Assembly (NCBI GenBank): GCA_013115145.1
Contig: JAAPAO010000383.1
Span: 1 to 34,355 of the forward strand
Direction of reading: 5' to 3'
Source: Perkinsus chesapeaki ATCC PRA-425
Lineage: Eukaryota > Protista > Perkinsozoa
DNA: 34,355 nt
The notes beneath the pieces were generated by a model that was not told the origin of the DNA, did no database searches, and saw only the letters and a list, made by a program, of their open reading frames with translations. Positions 23,197 to 34,355 of this stretch are shown one piece after another. Each line of letters opens with the position of its first letter. Position 1 is the stretch's first letter. Made by a program: the position numbers and the translations under genes.

Positions 23197-23399
23197 CAGC
23201 GCGCCACGAAATTAGGCTGCAATGGTGTTACTGCTTGCATCAGTGTTTCCGGCAGTTGTAGTAGTTGAGTTGTCCATGGCTGTGAGCTGCTGCTGTGTGA
23301 GTGTTGTTTGTAGTTATTACCTGACTAGATGGTCTTCGAAGTCTCAGACCTTCTCTACTATCTGGTCAGCATACCCCTCACTTTATGGTAGTACCTAGC

Positions 23400-26300
23400 A
23401 CCACCACCGCCATCATCGCCATCATCGCCACCGCTGCCCGACATGTCCGAGTTGGTTGTTGTTTAGGCTATGCCGAGTATTCGCTCCATCATTCTTTTCA
23501 ATATCTGAGGGCCCGTCGTCAGTGCCGGAAGCTGACAAGCCTATGAAAGTGCACATGGAGTCGGCTCCACCACCGACGCCTGTTGAAAGGGAGAAGTGTC
23601 CTGCTCCTATGGAAGTGGTGGAGGAGAAGGTTGAGGAGGATGGAAAGGTGAGATGAGGAGGAGATGGATTGCTGGTATTGCCTGCTGGGCCTCATAATAG
23701 GGCTTGGCGGCTTCCTATTATCAGTTCGCTGTAGGAAGCTTGGTTCGTATTGCTACTGTATTATTGGCAATAATGAGGCCTTAAAGGGCCCCTCATCCCT
23801 GGGGGTTATTACGCATACTTTACGTGGAATTCATGCGTGATGGTGGCTATGTACCTGGGCAAGAAATGGAAGCCGAAAAAATTCATGGCACTTTTGGGGA
23901 AAATGGAAAACGATATTCTCGCCGGTTCTGACTTCTCTCGGCACTTTCCAGTGTGATTTGGCGAGCATGGAGGGGTCGACCGAAGGGGGACGGGCAAAGT
24001 TGGACAACTTCAGGGCGATGGAACGAATTCGGGCCGAGCTTCCCATTATTCCGTCTTTTCGCCAACATATGCGGCTGCTCAGACCGCTACTGCTGCTGCT
24101 GCTGCAGAGGAGGAGGAACTCCCGAAGGAGGATGAAGAGATCATCGCTGCACCATCGTCGAAGGAGGAAGGAAGTATCGAGGTTGCTGATGAGAAGTGTG
24201 GCAGGAGAGTTGAACAACAGCAGCAGCAAGTGGACGAGGAAACTGAGGCGCAAGTAGCCGCTGCTGCCTTACTAGTGGCTGAGGCTGCTGAGAAAGCTGA
24301 AAGGGTTGAGCAGGGCGAGCAGGAAGAGGAGGAGATGTCATTGTTGGTTATACCAGCCAGTGCAGTTAAGAGGGACAGGCCGGCGTCTACGGTAAGCTTG
24401 GTGATGGGATACGATGGAAGTGTTGCCGTGTAGAAGAATGAAGGTGGTCCAAGAAGGAAATCTACTAGTCTATCAACCGACACGGAACCACCAGGATTTG
24501 AGAAGTACAGGGTGAGTGTTAGTATGCCAGGGAGGAGGACCACAGAGAGTATGTTATTAGCCTAACTCCAGCGGGGGCGGAGGCGGCGGCGGAGGTGGTG
24601 GTGGCTACAGAGGGCATCGTCAGCCTACTGCGAATGAGTTTGAGATACAAAAGAACATTCTTAACGCTGCGAACTCAAGGTAAGGTGTTGCTAGGGCTGT
24701 TACTGTTGTTGTCGGTAGGGGGCTGGATTGATGGGTCAGGTCGGTGAATGGTCTCCTAGCCATCGTGGACCTTCACGTGGAGCAGCTCAACTCGGTTAAT
24801 GTCTCTACGCTGATACATCGATTGGCAAGTATCACGCAGAATCATGAAGGGACTCAGAGGGCACTGGCGAGGGATGGTAGGGTGAAGAGAGTGTTGGAGA
24901 GAGCTATTGAGGTGAGCGGCGGATGGGGACGTGCTTTGCCTTCTCACTGGTGAGCAGTTGGCACCGACCTCGAGCTGCCAGTCACTATCTAATATCTGTT
25001 GGGCTATAGGCAAGCTGCAGATGGCTGAAGAGAAGGACGTGGTGCAGGCTATAGTGGAAGCGGCTAAGACTAGGCTGGAGTACCCGTCACAGCAGCACCA
25101 CGAGTTCCAGTCGAAGATCATATTTCTTCAGTCACTTCCGTCCCCAGAACTTCTCCAATATGCTATACGGTCTATCCAGGGTTGGGTATTATGACAAGGA
25201 ATTGATGGACTTGGTGGCTCGAAAAGTGGCCAACAACCTGTGCACCTTCAAACCTCAGGAGGTATCCAATCTCCTCTATGCCTACGGTCGTCTCAACTGG
25301 TAGGGCCTCGCAGTAGTGCTGGATGGCGGCAGGGCCTCCTCTCCCAGTTACAATGAAAGTCTCCTGAGTGAAATATGCATTTGTGTAGCGGCGATGATGT
25401 GCCGTTACGACGGTCAGGGTGTTGGCAATGTTATGTGCTCATTGGCAAAGCTAAACTATCACTGCAATCACCTTATGGATGTGAGTTGATGCTTCGCTCC
25501 GCCGTTTCTCGTTTCACGATTACACGTTTTAGGCCATTGCGTCTGATGTGGTGCTCTCCCCCCATAAATACGGTAAGTTCTTGATATCGAAGATCCTCCG
25601 TCCAATGCACAGCCTGGGCTACACCAACCTGCCCATGTTGTTGACCACCAGTGTGTAAGTCGGCTTGGCTGCCACCACTTACTTCACATTACGCTCATTT
25701 GGTCAAGGTACATTGTTGAAAACATCACTAACATTAAGGTTGATGAGATTATCGTTGTTATGCAGGGATTCGCGCAGGTTGGTTCGGCCAGCATCAGCAA
25801 CAGGGTAATGTCTTCACCACCCTTAGGAGGGTATCCGAGCCCCAACGGTCTCCAGCGATGAGGAGATGCCGCCGTCGATGCCTCATCCGTCCGTGGGTCC
25901 GTTGGAGTACGCGCAAGCCTCTGAGCGCGTTGACATTCTGATGCAACATACGGCTTTGAAGCTCTCCACCGTGGCCAAGCTGGAGGAAGTGTCTCTGGAG
26001 AAAATCGTAAGCATAATCGAAGGGTACTCATATTAAGACTTGTCAGGTTCAATTGTTCAATTTAATGGCGCGCCTTGGAATGAAGTCGAGCCCGTGCAAC
26101 GGCGGCTTCCTGCTGTCCGCTTGTGCCAGGATACTGCAAAACCTAGACACTCTCGGCGGTGATCAGATCAAGTCTATCGTAAGACGCTTCTTCTTTACTT
26201 GGATGATGATGAAGGTCTTGTCTTTGCAGTTACGCTCCTGTGCTGCCATGGAACTGGCGCTTAGCAGCTTCGAGGAGAGACTTCTCAACGAAATTACAGA

Positions 26301-26598
26301 CTCAGATGATGCTATCATGCCCGGCGCGCCATCTACGGCAGCGGGAACTGTTTCCTGCTGTTCGCCTCAATCGTTCCTGGATGTCGCCCCGGCTGCCTCG
26401 GAGTCGATGCCTGTTGACCTTCTACCGGTTGATGATCTCTCAATGCTACCAAAGTCAGTGGAGGGCTGCGGGTGGAGCCCCGAGTGTCTAGAGTTCCTGT
26501 TGGAGACCGATGAACATCTCACCCAGCATGCTCAGCAGCACAGTGGGGTTGGTGGCAACGCCGCTCCCGCTGGCATAGGGGGTGGTGACGGGTGGTAG
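23400..26598 (+). CDS. Helical-repeat (OPR/HPR-like) protein with low-complexity N-terminus, multi-exon; 5' extent uncertain
   Basis: LNSVNVSTLIHRLA, SCQSLSNICWAIGKL, FRPQNFSNMLYGLSRV, FKPQEVSNLLYAYGRL, YDGQGVGNVMCSLAKL (about 24740-25470), preceded by Pro/Glu/Gly-rich exons. Confidence 0.75.
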
Positions 26599-27039
26599 AT
26601 ATTAATTTAATAAGAATAATAATGATGATGTATTTATTCAAAATGATTTTTAATGATTGTTGTAAACAACCTTTTGATAAAACCCTTTACTGTTTGTGGG
26701 AACACCATAAAAGAACTGCTATCGTTAACCACCACTTATATCACTCTGGCCAACATAGCATCATCAAAGCTCGCAAAGGCTTCCTACTACTACCCTCATC
26801 TTTTTTATCATTACTGAGGCTCTCAGCGCCCAGCTTATCCTTAATTGTCTTGGTGAGTCATAAGTAACTAGTGCTAAAACTACGGCATAGGCTGCTGCTG
26901 CTACTGCTGCTGCAAGTGCCTGCGTAATCGAGGGTCCTGTTTGCATAGACAAGCAAGATTAACACCGAGACAGAGGATGGTTTTTCTATGTCCTTATTTT
27001 TAACTTGGCCTTATTTCCTATCACCTTAATGCAGCTTTA

Positions 27040-27230
27040 TTACTCTACCTCTTCTTTCCGTTTAACTAGTGGAGCGGTATGGACAGTGCGGAGCTCCTTA
27101 TATTTGCGTACGCGCTCGTAGTTGTATAGTGAATAATAAAAGATGACGTTCGCCCTGTTGGGTTCCTGTGTTGGAACGCCGCTCGGCAGTCGAGTCTGAG
27201 CTTCCTTGTGATAGTGGTGATATTCTCCTA
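27040..27230 (-). CDS. Possible last exon of a small unknown gene
   Basis: GEYHHYHKEAQTRLPSGVPTQEPNRANVIFYYSLYNYERVRKYKELRTVHTAPLVKRKEEVE* follows an AG acceptor. Upstream exons not resolved. Confidence 0.35.
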
Positions 27231-27688
27231 TTATATTGCCCACCATCATCGTGGATACTGCTGCTGCTGGTAGCTCCTCGACTCGTTGTTCATTGGCAGT
27301 TGCCGCTGCCAGTTATGCATGTTATTGGTTGTATGGAGTTGATGCTGATGATGGCTGTACGCATGCTTGTGTTATACAGCAAAGGGAGGGGTTGCTCAGT
27401 ATTTGCAAAGAGACGGACCTTGGAGATACTGTCTAACAATATCCACATTTACAGAAATCATCGACTATCGCTTTTAATCAAGGGTCGTCCCGTTCATATC
27501 GTCTGGGAGAGTTACTTATAAAAGAAACATGAGTGGTGGCCCCCCGTCGACACGGGCCGTTCACCATTCATTGGGTCCTTTTGGTGTTTGCCTCTTCAAG
27601 GCGGCTAATTAACGTTCCTCCTTTGACATTCCTATCAACGTATGATTCAGTTCATTTGAAAGCCAGAGAGCCTCTCCCAATTTCTCAA

Positions 27689-28558
27689 ATGTTCAATTCG
27701 GTTCTTAGCGGCTTCGCCATCATCACGTGCTTTACCAGTAAGCTCCGCCGTAGCCACATGTACCACTTTCCCTTCATCAGGTCCAGCGTATGCCTATCCA
27801 AATATGGCAGGAAGCTGTGATGGTCCTGGATCACACTCGGGTGCTGGTGGTACAGCTGCTACCGACACTACAGTGAGATTTCATTACATTCACGAAGGAG
27901 ACAGGACAATAATTGTGTTGTTGATGTTTAGGGCTACAGCCTTAGTGTTGAGAGCACTTCCTCTTCTGGTATCTTCGACGTTACAGTGACATCGACTAGT
28001 ACCTTCAAAGGGTTCCTCGTTAAGGCCAAAGAGCAGTCTAACGACGGAGCACAGATCCTCGGTTTTGAATCTTTACCAGCAGTAAGCAGCTAAGGTGAGT
28101 TTATTAGCACACATTGATGCTTCAGGGCTCGACCTACTTAAACAGCTGCCCCGACCCTAATGCCCTCGTTTCAAGGACAGCTATCTCACACACTAACTCC
28201 AACGCTAAGAGCAGTGTTACCGCCCAACTCAACTGTGGTCTATATGAAGGTGATGTAACTGTTACAGCATACTTGGTTACCTCTTACGTAAGTTGTCCTT
28301 TATTTGTTGTTGCATCATCATCTTTTATAGACTTCACCTTACATCAGCTTAAGTAAAGTCTTCACCTGTACCTCAAGTGGTTCAGCAACTATGGACCCCA
28401 GCAAGGTGGCGACTACTTCAACACCCGGGGACGGTGATGATGACGATGACGACGATCACGACGATCACGATAGTGCTGCGATTCCCGCTGTCTCGGATAC
28501 CTCAAAGGAGTTGATACTGTCTATAGCAGCTATTGGCATTGCAGCTTTGATGATGTGA
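27689..28558 (+). CDS. Reeler-domain, putatively GPI-anchored surface protein, copy A
   Basis: MFNSVLSGFAIITCFT/SPAYAYPNMAGSC; TFKGFLVKAKE; SCPD...TAISHTNSNAKSSVTA; D/H-rich linker; hydrophobic end ELILSIAAIGIAALMM*. Confidence 0.75.
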
Positions 28559-29722
28559 TACTGAGGCCACATACCTTCTAATATACCCATTATTGCCCGT
28601 AGTACAGCACTTGACATCGGCATGTTGCTAATAAGCATGGATGTATTGAATTCGATTATCGGTTATATTGCGTTGTATAGTCCAGGGGAGAAGAATCGAG
28701 AAACGCAAGGTCAGCAGCCTCGGCGATCAGATGTCGCGATTTCCTGTGTTGTGAGTTCCCTCCTGCGTGAGCGTGATTTTGATATCGAAGTTCTCTCGCA
28801 GCACACACGTCTCGATCGGTTTCGTGCATTAGCACGCCTTCAGGAGAGACATAGCGCCATAAGCCCGTCTCATTTCAATCCTTATGTGCGGTATTCAGAT
28901 TCGTCGGTGACACACCTTTCCTTGCCCAACATGCCAGACTGTTGAGATGTAGTTCAGTTCATTTGCGCTTCATCCTTTTGTATCTTCTTATAAGGTTTAT
29001 GTCACGTGTATCCGTCGTTGCCATCACCATGGTCTCTTTAACCAGTAACTCAGTGCTTCCCCGTTGAGAAGTCTCGCCACTCCCGCTTGGTTCATATTGT
29101 TCAGGTCCAGCTTATGCCTATCCCGGTATGGCAGGAAGCTGTACTGGCCCTCAAGCACACTCGGGTGCTGGTGGTACAGCTGCTACCGACACTACGGTGG
29201 GAATTCGTTTCATGAACCAAGGGGACAATAATTGTGTTGTTGATGTTTAGGGCTACAGTCTTAGTGTTGAGAGTACTTCCTCTTCTGGAATCTTCGACGT
29301 TACGGTGACATCGACTATTACCTTCAAAGGGTTCCTCGTTAAGGCCAAAGAGCAGTCTAACGACGGAGCACAGATCCTCGGTTTTGAATCTTTACCAGCA
29401 GTAAGCAGCTAAGGTGAGTTTATTAGCACACCTTGATGCTTTAGGGCTCGACCTACTTAAACAGCTGCCCCGACCCTGAAGCTCTCGTTTCAAGGACAGC
29501 TATCTCACACACTAACTCCAACGCTAAGAGCAGTGTTACCGCCCAACTCAACTGTGGTCTATATGAAGGTGATGTAACTGTTACAGCATACTTGGTTACC
29601 TCTTACGTAAGTTACCTTTTATTTGTTGTTGCATCATCATCTTTTATAGACTTCACCTTACATCAGCTTAAGTAAAGTCTTTACCTGTACCTCAAGTGGT
29701 TCCGAAACTATAGACCCCAGCA
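27777..29722 (+). repeat. Near-identical direct repeat: about 27777-28403 and 29101-29722
   Basis: Exons and introns align almost base for base, e.g. gtaagcagctaaggtgagtttattagcaca in both copies. Confidence 0.95.
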
Positions 29723-30117
29723 CCGTGGGGACTACCTCCGCACCCGGCACTAGTGGTACTGGTGATGATGATGATGAAAAAGAAGAGGAAGAGGAAGAAG
29801 GAGAAGATGATAATGATGATGAACACGAGGACGATGATGATGTTAATAATAATACCACCGCCGTTGGTGTTGACGATGATGGCGGCGCCGGTAGCGCCAC
29901 CACTCCAGACCACCATGACGATGGCATTAGTATCACCACTGCCCCGGATAATGATGGTGACGCTAGCAGCAGCGCCCCGACTTATACGCCGAATTCTGTA
30001 AATCTCGGATCTACCGTGGGACCTGCCACCTCCACCCGTAATCCTGATGTGTCAGGCGCTAAGATGAGCCTGACTCTATCGTCAGCAGCTCTTGGCATTC
30101 TCGCCATATTTTTGTAA
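28999..30117 (+). CDS. Reeler-domain, putatively GPI-anchored surface protein, copy B
   Basis: MSRVSVVAITMVSLT/SPAYAYPGMAGSC; same Reeler core; long acidic/Ser-Thr stalk; GPI-like end DVSGAKMSLTLSSAALGILAIFL*. Confidence 0.78.
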
Positions 30118-30569
30118 CGCTGCATGTGCGTGATTAATCCCGGCTTTTTTCCCGCCTCAAAAAGGCACAAGTTGATGACATGACAAGTTCTTATGTTGTT
30201 CTGGCTTGTTGTGTTCAGTGCTTATGCCGTTCACCGACTATAACGTCGGCTCTTGTGACACCTTTGTGCAATTGTCCCGTATTTTGTCCCATAGCAAGGA
30301 GCTGAGAGTGTAGCAGACTCAACATGTCGACTTTCGCGCCGATCTCCGCAACGGGACGAAAATTGAACGCACTCATATTTGGCATTATAAAGATGCACTG
30401 TGCATTACTTGTCCTCTCACGCGCGTATTCCAGTTCGTTTGCGCTATCTGCAATTACTAGTAATCACTTCATTATATAGAGAATACATAATTATCGTCTC
30501 AGCGCGCCTTTGTGTTTACCTCAGTAAGTAGTAGCTTGTGATTATTATTGTTGGTTATATACAAAAGTA

Positions 30570-32000
30570 ATGGCATTCGGTTGGTCCCATGTACTCGAAT
30601 CTCGAGCCGGTAGACTAGCTCCAGCGGCTGACAGCATGTGCATGAAGTTGCATAGTCAATTCCATCACACCATGCTGAGGGTGAAGGATCCCAAGGCCAC
30701 CGTCGACTTCTACACGAAACACTTCGGAATGAAGCTGATACATAAGTGTGCATAGAAGACTTACGAATGCGGGATGGTCTGTGTGTTGTAAGGTACGATT
30801 TCCCGCAGTGGCAGTTTTCTTTGTACTTCCTTGAGACGCCAAACCCAGTCAGTAAGGGTAAGTTGCCGAGCACTGTTGGAACACTTGAAAGCGAGAAGTA
30901 TGTTTGGACTATGCCTGGTAGCATAACACACTCTGAACGAACCTAGTACTACTTAATGCTGGACTTAGATAACTATCTGGAACTCACATACAGCTGGGAT
31001 GATCCAGCCGATTGGAAGGCCAACAACGGCAATGAGGAACCTTATCGAGGATTTGGACATATAGCCTTCCACATTGACAGTAAAGCGGCGGCGCCTCTAT
31101 CTCTAGCACTGTCAACTCGTTTGAGCTTCAGGCCAGGATTTGGAGGCTTCTTGTGAGCAGCTGCAGAAGGATGGAGTTCATTTTCGTAAACTCCCTTCCC
31201 AAGGCAAGATGCGTAATGTAGCTTTCGCTACCGATCCCGACGGGTACGAGCTAACATACTGCTTTTGCGAGCGCCCATCACAGCAGTCTTGATCTTTCTC
31301 AGTTATTGGATCGAGATCTTGGCTCGAACTAAAGGGGGTGCTGCTCTTCATGGTACAAGCCTCTCTCAGACGATGCTACGGGTTGTCGATGCCGAGAAGA
31401 GTCTCAAATTCTACGTTGATCAGTTGGGCATGCAGATTGTCAGGTGAGGCAGTTGTATTTGTTTATCTGTTATGTGAGACTGGCTTCATCATAGGTGCTC
31501 TGATCACGGAGACTTTTCACTTTACTTCTTGGCAACCTTGACCCCTGAACAGAAAGCTCGCGCCCCTCCGCCCCAGTCTGAGGAAGCCAAGGACTTTGTC
31601 AGTAGTCTGTGGCAGCCTGTTATAGAGCTCACTCATAACCAAGACCCACCGGCTGGAGGACGGCAAGTCTCGTTGAGGCCTACCGTTATAATTCCCTTTT
31701 CTAGGTATCATAACGGCAACACAGCTCCCAAAGGTTTCGGTCACACCGCTTTTCTTGTTGATGATCTCGATGAATTCTGTGGGGATTTGAATTCCCAAGT
31801 AAGATAACTTTGCACCTGATTACGCGGACTGGCTAGTTTGGGAGCACCTGATGATTTTATTGTAGGGTGTACCATTCCACAAGAAGCCTAATGAGGGAGG
31901 TATGCGGAACATTGCCTTTGTACTCGACCCCGATGGATATTGGGTGGAGCTCATCCAACGCGGACTATCTTTCAAGGGTGTTGCAGCTGGTCTGGAGTGA
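30570..32000 (+). CDS. GLO1: Glyoxalase I (lactoylglutathione lyase), two-domain monomeric type
   Basis: [39 protein letters not shown]; then [45 protein letters not shown]; stop at 31998-32000. Confidence 0.95.
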
Positions 32001-32548
32001 TAGCCTTGGCTAGATCACCTGTTCGTGTTTGTTGAACGCTACAACATCTCTTCTGAGTTTCATAATTGTTTGACGTCCTATTGAGTTGCACCCGCAGTCA
32101 GCCGCAGACAGACATCCTCAGTTCATCAACTAGTTACTTCCCTCCAAGAAAGTACGAGTCAGAATTGGGTATTAAAGATGACAATTCGGTGACCGTGCTG
32201 CTCGGTGACACCTTAGTCGCATAACTGGATGACAGGGGATGCAAGTTTCCCACTTTTAGTCGTTAAAACCTATCACGGTGACTACCCTTCATGGATTAGT
32301 TGATGACGATAACTCCGGTGCTAGAGTAGGCTGGTCATCTACGTGATTGAACTCTTTGACCTCGTCTCGCAATATACAGGGCTGAACGCATGCGCACAAG
32401 GGATCTTACTTCGTCTCCAAAACCGAATGATTAACACCTCGGAAAAGGTGACAACCCAAAGGTTGTTATCGTTGATAACGCACACTTTCTGAGAGTAAGG
32501 AACGCGGAACAACGTCGACAATCGGTGTGACTTCTTCTGGTATAATTT

Positions 32549-34016
32549 CGTACGGCAATGGGCCCATTCTCGAGTGATGAACTTTCCAGTCCATCGGCTT
32601 TTGCCTCGTCCTCATGCCCTCCGTACAAACCGGCTACAGGTAAGTGGTATGAAATGTGACTATTAACCTCAGAGTTGGCGATAACACTAGATGCACAACG
32701 TGTAACATCTCAATCACATGGATACTAACTCAATCTTATTGATCACTACTGGTTACTGGAAGACCAAAGTCTGTACTGTGGCATCTGTCGTCTCGGTGTC
32801 AATTCACGGCGATATCAGAAGACTGTCACCTTGCACACCGAATCCCGATATGTCCCCTTCCCGTCATTTACCGGATGAGGTCTATGAGATTATGGCGTCA
32901 GTGGACGGTTGTTCAGTTTAACTCAATACGCAGTAATGAACATCAGAAACGTTGTGTGAAATTTATAAGCATGGAAGCCACGAGCCGCAAATTCTGCGCC
33001 ATTTTCAATCGTTCAACTCGGATTTCTAACACCGTTACCTTGTTTCCTTTGCACCCACGCTTGGCAGCTCGAGGGATGAGGCGCAGCAAACAGGGCCGAG
33101 TCTCAGATCCACGCAGCCGCGCTTGGATCTCGTGGTATTGAGCGTTGTTAATGATACAGTAGTCGAGTTGCACGCATGTGCGTCTCGATGTTTTTGCGCC
33201 TCCATGGGCCTCGGGATTGCTTGTGTCTCCAGGCCGCACACCCACCCAACGGCAGGGCGTTTTGCGTCTGTGTTCGCAAGAAAGGACAACCACTGCAGAT
33301 TCGTGTTCCTGAAGCTAAACCACAATCGTAAATCGGACTATCTCAAGTCTGCCGTGCAGCCTGTTTTTTCGCTATGGGTGATGAGTACACTTCCGCAGTG
33401 CCCTCCCATCATATACAACTGAAACATCACGCTGAGAAATCACTCGAGTCAGCCAATACATCGTCTACAACTTTCCCAGGCATGGTTATGCGGAAAGGGA
33501 GAAAGTAATTATAGGTACCCGTTGGAAAAGTATGGAGGTTGGAAATGTCACGCGCGTGCGTGCGTGTGACGCGCGCGTTGGCCCGATGTTCGACTCGTGA
33601 GAGCTAAACAAAGAGGCGGCTGGCGGAAGTCCAGCCCACCTTTGTTGAGAGCTTCATTTAGCTTCTACTTTGCGAGGTCTGAGCAGCCATTTCCTCGAGG
33701 GATCGACTACGCCGGAAGATGGAATGGTTAACCGTCTCGTCTCTCGCTAGTTTCGATTAAGGAGTTCTTGTGTATCAAAGCCGGTCGATGGGCTCATGTA
33801 CGCACAAGTACCTTGCCTGAAGGAGAGTCATTCATAATAGTGATGCTTCATTACGAGCATAACGTGTCCCCTTAGTAACATATATTTGGTTCCGGTTTAT
33901 CATTCCGTACGGCAATGGGCCCATTCTCGAGTGATGAACTTTCCAGTCCATCGGCTTTTGCCTCGTCCTCATGCCCTCCGTACAAACCGGCTACAGGTAG
34001 GTGGTATCAAATGTGA
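32549..34016 (+). repeat. 111 bp direct repeat at 32549-32659 and 33906-34016
   Basis: cgtacggcaatgggcccattc...ccggctacaggta(a/g)gtggtat(g/c)aaatgtga, with 2 mismatches. Confidence 0.95.
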
Positions 34017-34355
34017 TCAACAATATGCAATCTCAACACTTCCGCTTTCTACCTCTACATGCACATCATGCGGTGGAGAAGTGATGATTTTAAAGGTAAA
34101 ACAATATCTCGTTTAGAACCGCTACTCTTTGCACGCATGCGCATATGTGCTGCCCTTCTGTTATTCTCAAGGAACTCTATTGCATAAGATTAGCAAATCG
34201 GTTGCGCCTCTTTTCTAGTTGGGGATCTCTCCAGTCTGTTCCACTACTAGAGGTGGCAGCTCCTACGTTTTGATATGCAGCCACCTGCAAGCATATTGGT
34301 GCTTGCTCATTCCGGAAGGGATTTCCCGGAGGAGCAGTTGTCCCCGTGAAGTTAA

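Noticed and set aside
24575-24606. ggc/ggt trinucleotide run
   Set aside because: Encodes a poly-Gly linker in the helical-repeat protein; ordinary low complexity.
29658-29939. Ser-rich or hydrophobic antisense ORFs that look like membrane proteins
   Set aside because: Reverse complement of gat/gaa repeats encoding the acidic stalk of Reeler copy B.
32700-33430. Overlapping 65-116 aa ORFs on both strands at the right end
   Set aside because: No domain motif or coherent exon chain recognised; left uncalled.

Overview
Gene-dense eukaryotic DNA with many short (~45-70 nt) GT-AG introns. The style and gene content suggest a flagellated alveolate, most likely Perkinsus-like (inference, not a database result). 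Most listed ORFs are exon fragments, so I spliced and translated genes by hand and boundaries are approximate. From left to right: first exon of an LRR protein (-); two tandem signal-peptide GNAT acetyltransferase genes, copy 1 with an in-frame TGA, separated by a ~545 bp foldback/MITE-like element; a single-domain voltage-gated cation channel with EF-hands; three very diverged tandem secreted paralogues with shared Cys motifs; an intronless OPR/HPR-like helical-repeat gene; UBP6/USP14 (-) head-to-head with a HAD 5'(3')-nucleotidase; an unresolved multi-exon gene; CFAP221/PCDP1; two more OPR/HPR-like genes, one with a tRNA-minihelix-like hairpin in an oversized intron; two tandem GPI-anchored Reeler-domain genes sharing a near-identical core; a two-domain glyoxalase I; and an unresolved right end with a 111 bp direct repeat. 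No rRNA, complete tRNA or CRISPR array was found. The best candidates for new biology are the secreted GNAT pair, the secreted Cys-motif trio and the intronic minihelix.
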